NCBI RefSeq assembly: GCF_006345805.1
Contig: NC_043001.1
Location: forward strand, 40,238,001-40,302,000
Origin: Octopus sinensis
Lineage: Eukaryota
Length of the DNA: 64,000 nt
Direction: 5' to 3'
A program made the position numbers and the translations under genes. Shown here piece by piece: positions 38,985 through 51,333 of this stretch. The first letter of the stretch is position 1. Each line of letters starts with the position of its first letter. The notes below the pieces were generated by a model, which saw only the letters and a list, made by a program, of their open reading frames with translations, made no database searches and was not told where the DNA came from.

Positions 38985-39410
38985 TCGGTGGGATTTACCA
39001 GGGCAAGGCCAATCCATAACATTACATGATATGTCAGATTCACCAGAGGGGCAGAGCTAACCAATAACATTACATGACATATCAGGGATTTGCCAGAGGG
39101 GTAGACCCAACCCATAACATTACATGACATGTCAGATTAGCCAGAGGAGCAGACAAACCCATAACATTACATGACATGTCAGATTAGCCAGAGGGGCAGA
39201 CAAACCCATAACATTACATGACATGTCAGATTCGCCAGAGGGGTAGACCCAATCCATAACATTACATGACATGGCAGAGATTTGCCAGAGAGGCAGGGCC
39301 AACCCATATTACATGACATGTCAGGCATTCACCAGAGGGGCAGACCGAATCCATGACATGTCAGATTCGCCAGAGGGGTAGGGCCAACCCATAACATTAC
39401 CTGACATGTT
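38985..39410. repeat. ~47-bp minisatellite, about 9 diverged units
   Basis: Unit cataacattacatgacatgtcagattagccagaggggcagacaaacc. Confidence 0.9.
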
Positions 39411-39469
39411 GCATATATATATACGCACATTAAACTCACATGTATATGAGAATATATATCAATATATGG

Positions 39470-41270
39470 CTTTCATTGACAACCTCTGTACATGGCTTTT
39501 GTTAACATGGAGAAAGCCTTTGACAGGGTCCCCCGATTCCTTATCTGGTGATCAATGAGGAAACTAGGAATAGATGGATGGTTAGTGAGAGCTGTACAAG
39601 CCATGTAGAGGGATGCTATCAGTAAGGTGAGTTTTGGTAATGAGTACAGAGAAGAATTCCGGGCAGGGGTAGGGGTCTACCAAGGATCTGTCTTCAGCTC
39701 CCTCTTATTCATCATAGTCCTCCAAGCAATAACAGAGGAATTCAAGACAGGAAGACCCTGAAAGCTTCTCTATGCTGTTGACCTTGCTCTAATAGCTGAG
39801 TCACTATCAGAACTAGAGAAGTTTCAGGTGTGGAAGCAAGGTCTAGAATCGAAGGGCTTTTGAGTCAATATGGCAAAAACCAATGTCTTAATAATTAGGA
39901 AGGCAGACAAAACACAAATCCCTTCAGGTAGATGGCTCTGCTTGATCTGTAGAAAAGGCGTAGGTAGAAACTCCATAAGATGTACCCAGTGTAGGCTATG
40001 AACATATAAGAGGTGCAGCAATATCAAAGGAAGGCTAACTGGGAAAATAGTTATTGTATGTGGCAAATGCTCAGGAGCAATAAACACTGAAGATGTGAAG
40101 AAAACAGCTTCCTTCACATTCCAGGAGGAAAAACTACTAGTAGTTAACAACTTCCATATCCTAGGTGACAAAATCAGTAGCAGAAGTGGATGCTCTGAAA
40201 GTGTAGCTGCTAGAATAAGAATAGCCTGGGCAAAGTTCAAAGAAATCCTACCTCTGCTTGTGACAAAGAGCCTCTCACTCAGAGTAAAAGGTAGACTGTA
40301 TGACATATGTGTGCAAACTCCCATGCTACATGGCAGTGAAACATGGGCCATGACTGCTGAGGATATGCATAAGCTTGCAAGGAATGAAGCCAATATGCGG
40401 CACTGGATGTGTAATGTCAGTGTGCATACACGACAGAGTGTAAGAGCCCTGAGAGAAAAGTTGGACTTAAGAAGCATCAGATGTGGTGTGGAAGAGAGAC
40501 AACTGCACTGGTATGGTCATGTGTTGTGAATGGATCAGGACAGCTGTGTGAAAAAGTGTCACACCCTAGCAGTTGAGGCAACCTGTGAAAGAGGTAGACC
40601 CAGGAAGACCTAGGATGTGATGGTGAAAAATGACCTTTGAACATTGGGCCTCACTGAGGCAAGGATAAGTGACTGAGACCTTTGGAGATATGCTGTGCTT
40701 GAGAAGACCTAGCAAGCCAAGTGAGACCATAACTGTGGCCTATGCCAGTGCAGCATAACCAGCCCATTTAAAAGTACCCTTCAATCATTGGGCAATAAAT
40801 TGTGCTTGTGAAGACCTGTTGCGGCAGATGAAATCGTTGTCATGGCCAATGACAATACAACCTGATTGGCACCCATGCCAGTGGCAACTCAAAAGCTCCA
40901 TTCAAGCATGATCGTTGCCAGTACCAGCTGACTGGTCCTGCACCGGTGGCATGCAAAAAGCACCATTCAATCATGGTCATTGCCAGTGCTACCTGACTGG
41001 TTCCCATGCCGGTGGCTCATAAAAAGCACCATTCAAACGTGGTCGCTGCCAGTACTGCCTGACTGGCCCTTGTGCTGGTGGCATGTTAATAGCACTACAC
41101 TCTCGGAATGGTTGGTGTTGGAAAGGGCATCCAGCTGTAGAAACTTTGCCAGATCGGATTGGAGCCCAGTGCAGCCTTCTGGCATGCCAGTCCCCAGTCA
41201 AACCATCCAACTCATGACAGCATGGAAAGCAGACGTTAAACGACGATGATGATCATGATGATGATGAGAT
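39470..41270 (+). mobile_element. 5'-truncated RTE-clade LINE with 3' UTR and (GAT)n tail
   Basis: AFVNMEKAFDRVP...GVYQGSVFSSLLFIIVLQAITEEFKTG...LYAVDL; ORF 40095-40529 (RIRIAWAKFKE...KGRLYDICV...LHGSETW...RQLHWYGHV). Confidence 0.93.
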
Positions 41271-41709
41271 ATGTATGTTAATATATGCATATGTATGTGT
41301 GTGTAAGTGTATAGATACAAGTGATATATGGATATATAGACACCAGAGACCAGTCACAGGCAAACCGTGCCCTGTAAGATTTTTCTGAATGGCACACCTT
41401 ATGAAAAATTACCATTCTTTTTTCAGTAGTATGGCCCTCCTGATCATGAGCTATGTCTCATGTGACATACTTCTCAAAAAATAGTCACCCATGCTTGCCA
41501 TAAATCATAGATATTGGAAAGTACTATTCATCCAGTTGGGTTATTTGAAACAGAACATAAGTCAGTGTGAGGTGCCAGTTGTCTTAAATCATAAGTCACT
41601 CACATCCCTTAGCACTGTTTTCAACTTATGCCTTGTACCTACATGCAATATATACATCATCATCATATTTTAACATCCATGCTTTCCATGCTGACACTGG
41701 TTGGACTAC

Positions 41710-41750
<41 letters not shown>

Positions 41751-41892
41751 AATATAAGAGAGTGGTCACTATATGGCTCACTCTAGCACCAGTTAATCCA
41801 AAAGGTTTCAACCACGAAAATACATGTTTCCCATGAAAGTCAGTACGATTGTTAGCTCACACGGACAGGGCAAATAAAAAATAACAAAAATA

Positions 41893-41989
41893 CAGATTAT
41901 TTTGGGACAATTGTTTCGCTATTAATGAATTAAATGTAATTTTACTTACAAAAAAAATCCATTTGTAGCTCGTCAGCCAAAACTATCTG
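41893..41989 (-). ncRNA. Type I hammerhead ribozyme, intact core (copy 1)
   Basis: CAGAU-ag-UUUUGG CUGACGA GCUA[extended stem]UAGC GAAA C-AAUU-G U C | CCAAAA-ua-AUCUG. Predicted cleavage between 41906 and 41905. Confidence 0.85.
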
Positions 41990-42428
41990 GATGAAATCCA
42001 CTCAATCACACGCCAGATTTTACCATAACGATAAATACGCGTGTGGTTCAATTGATTACATCCGACGTTATAATTCAAATGCCCCAACCAACAGCGCGCC
42101 AAACTTTCACGGAAAACAAATACAGCATTTAGAAATAAATGCAGCATAATTATAATTAATTAATAAGGGTGAGAGAATTAGATACTAATTTAATAGTATA
42201 TCTATTCAACACCAAGTGGCCTAGTGCTCCGAGAAACCTGGATTATTATAATATTTTATAACATATTATAATATTTTTACAAAATAAATATAAGAGAGTG
42301 GTCACTATATGGCTCACTCTAGCACCAGTTAATCCAAAAGGTTTCAACCACGAAAATACATGTTTCCCATGAAAGTCAGTACGATTGTTAGCTCACACGG
42401 ACAGGGCAAATAAAAAATAACAAAAATA

Positions 42429-42525
42429 CAGATTATTTTGGGACAATTGTTTCGCTATTAATGAATTAAATGTAATTTTACTTACAAAAAAAATCCATTT
42501 GTAGCTCGTCAGCCAAAACTATCTG
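42429..42525 (-). ncRNA. Type I hammerhead ribozyme, intact core (copy 2)
   Basis: Same sequence as copy 1, 536 nt away; predicted cleavage between 42442 and 42441. Confidence 0.85.
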
Positions 42526-42571
42526 GATGAAATCCACTCAATCACACGCCAGATTTTACCATAACGATAAA

Positions 42572-42661
42572 TTTGGCTGACGAGCTACAAATGGATTTTT
42601 TTTTGTAAGTAAAATTACATTTAATTCATTAATAGCGAAACAATTGTCCCAAAATAATCTG
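42572..42661 (+). ncRNA. Type I hammerhead ribozyme, intact core (inverted copy 3)
   Basis: UUUGG CUGACGA (42577-42583) GCUA...UAGC GAAA CAAUUGUC|CCAAA. Helix I shortened to 5 bp; predicted cleavage after 42648. Confidence 0.8.
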
Positions 42662-42965
42662 TATTTTTGTTATTTTTTATTTGCCCTGTCCGTGTGAGCT
42701 AACAATCGTACTGACTTTCATGGGAAACATGTATTTTCGTGGTTGAAACCTAGATGTAGGGGGTAGATGTGTCATGTACGTTGGATATAGAAGATGAGGC
42801 TGGTGGTTTGATGATGAATGGATAGAAATAGAGGTGAGCGAAGGACAGGTGTTGGTTAAGTGTGATTTAATGTCATGAAACGCCTAAAAATGTAAATGCC
42901 ATCATAAAAGAGAGTCATATGTAAGTGAAATACTAACGTGTTCGAAAATGATGAAACGTAGTAAT

Positions 42966-44438
42966 CCTATAAAACCTCCTTGTACACAATGTTTTTTGTT
43001 TTTCGTTATGGAACAAATGCGAAAGCATCACCTTTGCTGCCGACACATGAGCAAGCAACATAAAGCTGACCATGAGAGAAACATGGCTCTCCCAAATGTA
43101 TTCCCGCCACAGACAGTGTTTGACCTTGCGCTTTGTTAATTGAAATTGTGAAACATGGCCTTACTGGGAACTGGGACCTCCGAAGTATGAAAGGTAGGTC
43201 TGCTACTGATGGGAAAAGATGCATCCTAGGTATGAGCACAACGTTGCCTCGACCGCACCCTGTGATAATGGTGGCCTCAATCAGATTGGGAGATAAGGAC
43301 TTAACGATGAAACGTGTGCCATTGCATTGTTTTGGGGGAACCAAATTTCTAATGAGCATTATAGGGGCACCAACTTTAAGTTTGAGAATGTGTGGTGATA
43401 GTCCGGGGGGCTCAAAAGAATTGAGTACCTCTATTGGATAGTTGATGACATCCTCTGGGTCAGGAGTTGTATCGATAGACATCCCCAGGAATGAGTTTTA
43501 GCATTTCATCATTAATATGGTGAATAGTTTTATTCCTCGGGGCCAGAATAGCCCTTTGGCCAATCCAATCCATATTCTGATAATTAGCTTGTAGATCTGG
43601 GAACACTGCATCTCTGAGATCAGAAGGCATTTTAACAATGGTACAAATGGAATCGATGGCAATATTACCATTTTCATCCTCTGGTATTTTGCCTTCACCA
43701 AGTGCAAGGAGGGTGTGAGAAAATGCTGCTGATGTGATATCACGTCGCATATGAGCACGCATATTGGTGTGAAGTTTGAGAGTCTTCACCAGTGGCCACA
43801 ATGTGGATGACTTAAAACACGCACTTACTGCATCAGCTCTAGTCCCTTTGGGAATAACGGGAAGTGTTTGTCGGAAGTCCCCTGAAAGAAGAAGTGTTAT
43901 GCCTCCCATGGGAGCTGAAGAGTGTTTGATGTCTCTGAGAGATTTATCTAGTGCCTCAAGAGCACCTCTGTGGGCCATCGTGCATTCATCCCAAACGATA
44001 AGCTTGCATCGTCTGAAGACTTCTGCCTGATCAGAGCTGTTATTGATGTTGCAAGTTGGTGTCTCAGTCTTCGCTAAGTGAAGCGGGAGCTTGAAAGTGG
44101 AGTGAGCTGTCCTGCCGCCTGGCAACAAAGTAGCCGCAATTCCAGATGATGCCACAGCTAGGGCAATGCCTTGTGTTCGCCTAGTCTCAGCCAATATTAA
44201 TTTGTTGACAAAAGTTTTCCCAGTGCCCCCAGGAGCGTCCAGGAAAAAAATCAGCTTTGGCCCAGGCTGAATTAACAACGGAGTTGTAAGTGAACTTCTG
44301 TTCTGGAAGGAGCTTTGGCTCATTGTCGGCTATGTACTCGGCAAGCTCGTCAACATTAAAACATGTCTCACGCAGCAAATGTGAAGACAGAGTGTTTGTG
44401 CCTTCCTGGTTTGTTGAAGGTAGGCCATAGACCGGCAA
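42966..44438 (-). pseudogene. Helitron RepHel PIF1-type helicase domain, frameshifted
   Basis: FFLDAPGGTGKTF (Walker A), AVASSGIAATLLPGGRTAHSTFKLP, IVWDECTM, LLSGDFRQTLPV, GAPIMLIRNL..CNGTR, QFPVRPCFTISINKAQGQT, FSHGQLYVACS, ending NIVYKEVL*. Confidence 0.95.
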
Positions 44439-45741
44439 GGCACGGTTTACAATTGTTTAACAAATGCAACACAACAACGTTTCCCTGATGAGGAAGCAAC
44501 AAACGTGATTACAATAGTCAAACAGCAATAATAATAACAACAAACCTTTTTAATTTATCCCCATTTATGTGAAACCACTTATTCAAGTTCAAGTCATTGA
44601 TGCAATTTTATACGAATTGCTAATACACACACACACATAATAAGGGTGAAAAATTGATTAATATGAATTGAAAACCAGTGGTGTAGCATATAAGACCATA
44701 GCGGATCTTCCTCTAGCAAAGAGGATGTCCAGTATTAATGGCTCATCCCTGTTATATAATACTTTCACTTTAATAGTTTCACACTTGCAAAGAGAAAGTA
44801 GGAGAAAGTGTGGTGGTAATAGCAGGAGTAAACCACTTGAAATGAGAGAGGCAAATCGTAAAATATTGAGTTTTCTCGAATTTTTGCTTAATTGGGGGTC
44901 GAATTGAAAAAACTTTACATGCCATGACCCAATCGAATCTACTTGGAAAAATCATAGGTAAATTCCAATTGAAGAAATTCTATATTGTAGAATTGTATTA
45001 AAAAGAAACATGGGAACAGGCAGAGAAAATCTGCCTTTTATCATAAGATTATCATAAGAGATAAGAGATAAGAAATACATATATATATATAAATTTGACA
45101 TTTGACATGGTCGATTCTTTCTTGTCTTGGAATTCATGGTCAAACAGCTTGGTGGAATTGCACAAAAAATTACACAGATTTGTAGAATGATCTGGTGGTG
45201 TAGCTGGGCTTTGTATTCTTTTCATAGCTCCCATGGTTACCGAGATTATCTACTATAATAATACTCTTGTATTTATGAATGAGAAAGGAATGGGTGATAG
45301 ATAAATAAAGAGGGAAGGGGTGATGTCATACTTGGTAGTATTTTTTGTTTTATTTTTTCTGTTTGTTTCTGTTGTTTTGCCTCTTTGTTCGCTTTTATTT
45401 GGGTATATTTTTTGATTTGGTTGCATCTTCATTGGTTGTTTTTTCTTGGTCAGTTATTTTTTGCGGTTTGACAGAAATAAGTCATTCTAAAATTGTTTTT
45501 TAATGTAAACATGCCCAAACAAGTTGAATGCTTACACAGTGCAGGTCTTACAGCCACATGACTAGTATGTATATATACATAAGTGTCAAATGCTGAAAAT
45601 GAGTGCTCAACACTACATATATACGTATATATATATATATATATATAGATGTATATGCATAGATGCATATGTATACATGCATATGTATATATGTATATGT
45701 ATAGATTTGTAAATATATATCTATATATAGATATATATTCA

Positions 45742-45951
45742 AAATGTGACTGCGTGTGTACCGTTGGGGATTTTTTTTTTCTCTGTCTTCCCTTCTCTGG
45801 ATCTTTCCTTATCCTATGTTTCCAACGAAGAGCTCCGCTCGAAACGTTAAACCCTCCTTCTTTCCTTCTTTCCTGAGCGTCCAATAATACTATATTTGTT
45901 CCACATCCTCGCGTTATTGTGTTTTTTTGTACTTTCTTGTTTGGATTAACT
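45742..45951 (+). mobile_element. ~200-bp hammerhead-bearing repeat in (TA)n (copy 2, core mutated)
   Basis: Homologous to 25503-25699; core reads CCAACGA instead of CUGANGA at 45822-45828. Confidence 0.8.
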
Positions 45952-46229
45952 TTATATATATAGATAGATTTATATGTATATATATGAATATATGTATGTA
46001 GATACATGAGTATGTACAAATGTATGTATATGTGTGTATAAATATATGTATGCATGTATATATATAGATGTATGTGTATAGATGTATATATAGAGATTTA
46101 CATGTATATATGTATGTATACATGTATATACATATATGTATATGTATATATACATATGTGTTTATTCTTTTATGTGTTTCAGTCCAATGACTGTGGCCAT
46201 GCTGGAGCACAGCCATTGTGATCATCTTT

Positions 46230-46680
46230 CTACTCTCCACCTTTGTTGGAGTGGCTTTTGGTGAAGGATAGAGTTTGATGTTATTGCCCTCTTTTGAGTT
46301 TCCTGCCTAGATATTGGCTCATTTGGGATCTCGGTGAGCCAGAGGTCAAGTTCATATTTGAAACGTCTACATCCACTCCATGTAGGCTCCTCAGATGCTT
46401 TGGCAGACAATTAAACAGCTGTGGGCCCTTGAAACCCAAGCTATTGCAGTACATCATCCTTGCCCAAGATGAAGTAGTCGGTACAGTGGGGACAGCACAG
46501 TAACAACCTGTTCATGGACTGGTATAGCTCTTTAACCCAAAGTTTGGTACCAGTCCTTCCAGTATCTTCCATATATATATATCACTGCATACCTTTCCTG
46601 GCTTCATTCCAAAGAATAGAGTCATAGCTCTTTCAATCTGTCCCAGTCGTTCCATTGATGCAAATTTCTTTGTGTAATGT
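46230..46680 (-). mobile_element. CR1-group LINE ORF2 3' end
   Basis: WDRLKEL.LYSLE..QERYAVIY.WKILEGLVPNF...FKYELDLWLTEIPNEP...RAITSNSIL. Confidence 0.8.
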
Positions 46681-46989
46681 CATTGGACTGCTTCAAGCTC
46701 TGCTATCGCCCTTTCGCCCTTGTAGTATAAGGTGACCATAGCTGAGAGCAGTAGTGCAGTCAGCTGAAGATAAATGACTCCCTTAAGTTTTTTGGTCCCT
46801 TGTATATATGCATGTATATATATGTGTGTGTATATATATACATATATATATATCCTGGTCACGGCAGCGCAGTATAATTTTTTACCAGGTGGTGCTATTA
46901 AGTTAGACATGGCCTGGGCCAATAATGGCCGAAACCTATCAAAGTATCAAAGTATCAAAGTATATATATATATATATATATATATATAG

Positions 46990-47235
46990 GAGGCTGCACC
47001 AGGCCCAGTCTGATCTGGCAGTGTTTCTACAGCTGGATGCCCTTCCTAACGCCAACCACTCCGTGAGTGTAGTGGGTGCTTTATATATATATGCTGGTGG
47101 CACCTAAAAAGCACCATCTGAACATAGTTGATGCCAGTGCCACCTGACTGGCTCGCATGCCGGTGACACATAAAAGGCACCCACTACACTCTTGGAGTGG
47201 TTGGTGTTAGGAAGTGCATCCAGCTGTAGAAACCT
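46990..47235. mobile_element. Two RTE 3' UTR fragments in opposite orientation
   Basis: 46990-47090 (minus) and 47095-47235 (plus) both match the family tail. Confidence 0.7.
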
Positions 47236-47410
47236 TGTCTGAGTTTTTTAACAATCTAATGTCAGCCCAGAGCTTGTGTTGGAAGAGGGAAGAGGACTTA
47301 TGGAATTTCAGCTTGGGAATGATACACAGTAGGTCTGCTTCGAAGGGTTCAAGGTCCTTCATTTTGGATGGGTGTTTCCTCGATCTAATTCCATAATTCA
47401 ATTTTTAAGA
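47230..47410 (-). mobile_element. Penelope-like RT N-terminal fragment
   Basis: YGIRSRKHPSKMKDLEPFEADLLCIIPKLKFHKSSSLFQHKLWADIRLLKNSDKV, typical of the region just upstream of the PLE RT core. Confidence 0.7.
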
Positions 47411-47944
47411 GGTCATGGGCCAACAGGTTTTTGGGATCTGATGATACACAATAAAGCTAAACCCTTTATGGACAGGAAACCTAAGGTAATCCCATAAACT
47501 GGCTTTCCCCATTTTTAATATATACTGCTCTACATCTTAGAGTGTGCTTCTCCTTTCAGATTTACAATTTTTTTACAAATGACGTCTGTGTATGTGTGTG
47601 TGTATGTGTGTGTATTTATCAATTCTTTTTGCAAGATTCCTGATGTGAAATCGTGTGTTGAAACAGATATTGTTGTACTTCAGGACGATCATTTTATTAT
47701 TTTTTTTTGCCAAATAAACACACACACTATTTTTTTTCCTTCCCCCTTTTTGTTTTTGCTCTACTCACTCCATTCTCAAGAAGTGGAACAAAAACACACA
47801 CGGAAACGAAAAATTTCCGGACAATGGACAAGCGTTAAAATAATGAAATAACAGTAATAAACGAGTGAAGGGGGAAATATATATAGTGTGTGTGTGTTTA
47901 TTTGGAAAGAAAAATAATAATAATTAAAATGACCATCCCGAAGT

Positions 47945-48015
<71 letters not shown>

Positions 48016-48099
48016 TATATATATATTAATATTAGGGAGTATAACTCCAAACTTACAGGGAAAATTTCAATTTAGTATTAAATCAAATTTCACAGTATA

Positions 48100-48650
48100 T
48101 CATCATCATCATCATCATCATAGTTTAACGTCCGCTTTCCATGCTAGCATGGGTTGGACGGTTCAACTGGGGTCTAGGGAGCCCGAAGGCTGCACCAGGC
48201 CAGTCAGATCTGGCAGTGTTTCTACAGCTGGATGCCCTTCCTAACGCCAACCACTCCGAGAGTGTAGTGGGTGATTTTATGTGCCACCGACACAGGTGCC
48301 AGACGAGGCTGGCGAGAACGGCCATGCTCGGATGGTGTTTTTTATGTGCCACCGACACAGGTGCCAGACGAGGCTGGCAGACGGCCACACTCGGATGGTG
48401 TTTTTTATGTGCCACCGACACAGGTGCCAGACGAGGCTGGCGAACGGCCACGATCGGATGGTGTTTGTTACGTGCCCACAGCACGGAGGCCAGTCGATGC
48501 GGTACTGGCTACGGCCATATTCGGATGGTTTTCTTATGTGCCACCGACACTGGTACCACAAAGATACAAATTCCATTGATGTTCATCTATTTTGATTTGG
48601 TTTTTGGTTTTCACTTGCCTCAACAGGTCTTCACAAGTGTGAATATATAA
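48100..48650 (-). mobile_element. Young RTE LINE 3' UTR with internal ~61-bp tandem repeat
   Basis: (CAT)n plus the family tail. Units tttatgtgccaccgacacaggtgccagacgaggctggc...cggcca..ctcggatggtg occur about 4 times at 48278-48560, with CpGs retained. Confidence 0.85.
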
Positions 48651-50569
48651 AATATAAATTAGAGATAAAACCACTATTATGCAACTCAGACAGTGATAGA
48701 CATAAACTAATACATAAATAACAAATAATATATCTATCTATCTATATATATAATTTTATTTATTTATTTTTTATTTACTTATTTATTCATTAATTTTTTT
48801 TATTATATAACTAATAACTAGATCTCAATAGTGGTTTTATCTCTAATTTATATTTTATATATATGTATAGGTAGGTATTCATCAATATATGTGTAATATA
48901 TAAAATATATTGCTATAACATGCATACAAGCACACGCACATACGCACACGCAAACCCACAAACACACACACATAAATCGACCACTGTCACACCACTGGAA
49001 ATAATAAATATGAAAACTAGTAACTATAGGATTATTTGGGAATTAAAATAATTCCTTAACTCTACCCCCACCTGATTAAACTGACTTAGTGTAACTTTAC
49101 TCTCACTAATGATTGATATAACTAACATTTTGATACTGTAAATTCAAGTGTTTTTTGTAAATATATTAATAGGTCCTATAAATGTTGAGTGGTGATACAG
49201 TTCAGAAATGCTTTTAATTTTTGAGCCAATTACTTTTGTTCTAATTAATTCTTCATTTATTTCTGTCAATGTGTTCACTCTTTATTTTCTTTTTTCTTTT
49301 TTTTTTGACTGCCTCATTATTCACCTCTTTATCTCTCGCATTCTCATTGTCTTTCTCTCACACTCTCTCACTGATTCTCTCTCCCTACTGTGTCTCTTTT
49401 TGACCTCAAAATGTCTATAATTGGTGAATTTTCGTGGAAATCAAAATAGTTCATATCATGAAATGCATACCATTACTTGATATGCCTTTCTAAATAAAGA
49501 TAATTTTATTATGGAATGTATAGTCAAAGTGTTGATGTCCCAATTTGTAAAAGAAGCAGGTAATTCAAATTAAAGTGGCTACAGGATAGAAAATTTGACT
49601 TTCAGTTTCCCCCAGTAAATACCGCATTCCACTTTTGTTTTAGATTTGTTTTCTTTCATATTTAAGATTTCTCCTTCAATCAAAAATATTTTGGTTGAAT
49701 CCTTTGATTGTATAATGTAAAAAAATTTAAGAGTCAAAAACCAAGAAAATAACAATTCAGTTCACCTCTAGGATGCTTTGCCGGATTTATTAAATGCACC
49801 CCAGTATTTCCCTGGAACTTTTATCGATCTCAGAAGGGCTAAAGACAGAGTTTGCTCTTAGGATTTAAAATCAAAATCTAAAAGATGGTAATATATGCAT
49901 AAATACATACATATACTACGATACATACACATATACATGCATATATGTATGTACGTATTAACAAAACATTTTAACACTTTCCTTTGGAGATATAATTCAG
50001 GTTGTTTAAAGAAATTCCGAATATGTAGGTGTGTATTAATAACATAGGTTCATTAATTATTAGTCTATTAATTTTTGAAACTATTTGAAAAATTAAATTT
50101 TTATAACTGACCATACAAAACATTATGCAGGAGAACGATTTATTCACAATAAACCCAAGAACACCTCTTTTCTATTTTTTCTTTTTATTTCAGTTTCGTT
50201 TTTCTAATATTAAAAGAAAAATGTGTCCGTTTCTCCGAATGCAATTGTAAGGGAGATAATATGTACTGTGTATTCTAGTATGCGCTATGTGGTCTTATAT
50301 TTCCACTTTTCTATATTACAAGCATCCCTGCGTTTCGTTCTTGAAAAAATTTTCACAGACTTGAAAGTTAATGGGCACGTACAGTCCGCGTTACAGAACT
50401 TCACGTTACGGACAAGATTATGAACACAACTCTTCCGTATCACGGGAGATGCATGCATTTTTTTCTTATCCACCCATTTTATTAGTATATGTGTAATACT
50501 AATATAATGTTGGTAATCTTTAGGTTTAAGTTAAACTTAGCGACAGCAAGGTCGCGTCAACACTAGCAT

Positions 50570-50772
50570 TCCGATTACTCAGTCAAATGTAATGCTTATT
50601 TATTCATATTGCTTTCAATTAATCATGAATTATTTAATAGCTTTGATAGTTCATTGAAGTGATTGTTTGTTTTTAAAATGACATTGTAGGGCAAGTGTGA
50701 AAGGCCAAATCTGGCCAGTTTGAAAATATGACAGTTGGAATAAATGGGCCAGATATGGTCGGTTTAAACACT
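50570..50772. mobile_element. One end of a TTAA-type (piggyBac-like) MITE
   Basis: Ends ggccagatatggtcggtttaaacactaacgggTTAA; the partner end was not found. Confidence 0.45.
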
Positions 50773-51127
50773 AACGGGTTAAAGATACAGGATGTTGAAG
50801 AGGGGAATCATTTTGTCTCTGCTTATTCATTTTACTACGACGTTTCCTCACACACAAGTACTAGGATAGAGGAACCTTGTTACCCGATTCTCCAATTAGA
50901 GCGGGTGGGGGGGGGATTAAACTAACATTTAAATCACAGTTTCGGTTTAATCCCTTCCCTCTTGCATATAATACAGTAAGGGCTCTGAAACAGAGTTGCC
51001 AAGAGGTCGGGAATTTGTATCCTGGTCAGAAAATGGATCACAGCATTTTAAGTGTGATTCGTTGGCTTATAGTGCCAAGTTAAATATCTTCTGTGTAAGA
51101 AATTAAATTATCTATGACAGTTTAGAT

Positions 51128-51333
51128 CACTGGTTCTCAACTGGTGTCCATATGGTCCTTGGGGATCCATATAAGATTTTGCTGTTAAAATTTATAAGCA
51201 ATAAATTGGTTTTATAATACACAAATATTAAACTCTTTATACAGTTCCTTATAATATTATAAAAATATAATAGAATTTTTTAAACATCAAATGGCTATGG
51301 AGGTCCACAGGCAAAAATAGTTGAGAACCACTG
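51128..51333. mobile_element. hAT (Buster/Charlie-type) MITE
   Basis: TIRs cactggttctcaact / agttgagaaccactg; perfect 8-bp TSD GTTTAGAT with central TA. Confidence 0.9.

Larger units (their letters stand above)
41747..42751 (-). mobile_element. Retrozyme/PLE pseudo-LTR-like element: two direct 290-bp repeats (period 536 bp) plus an inverted 180-bp copy
   Basis: 41747-42036 matches 42283-42572; 42572-42751 is the reverse complement of 42339-42517. Each copy carries a hammerhead motif. Confidence 0.8.

Noticed and set aside
38985-39410. CRISPR-like appearance (constant half plus variable half)
   Set aside because: The variable halves are homologous to each other, there are no cas genes, and the context is eukaryotic: it is a minisatellite.
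42750-42753. CTAG as the 3' end of the adjacent Helitron
   Set aside because: No subterminal GC hairpin, the next base is not T, and it overlaps the inverted-repeat boundary.
44470-44510. CTGATGAGG motif
   Set aside because: No closing helix II, GAAA or NUH arrangement downstream.
46905-46960. GGCC-aataat-GGCC-GAAAC followed by (TATCAAAG)x3
   Set aside because: No CUGANGA upstream; better explained as a stem-loop plus octamer tail of a CR1-type retroposon 3' end.
50540-50566. Hairpin GCGAC/GTCGC plus CTAG as a Helitron 3' end
   Set aside because: Suggestive, but followed by C, and no matching 5' TC head or helicase sequence could be assigned.
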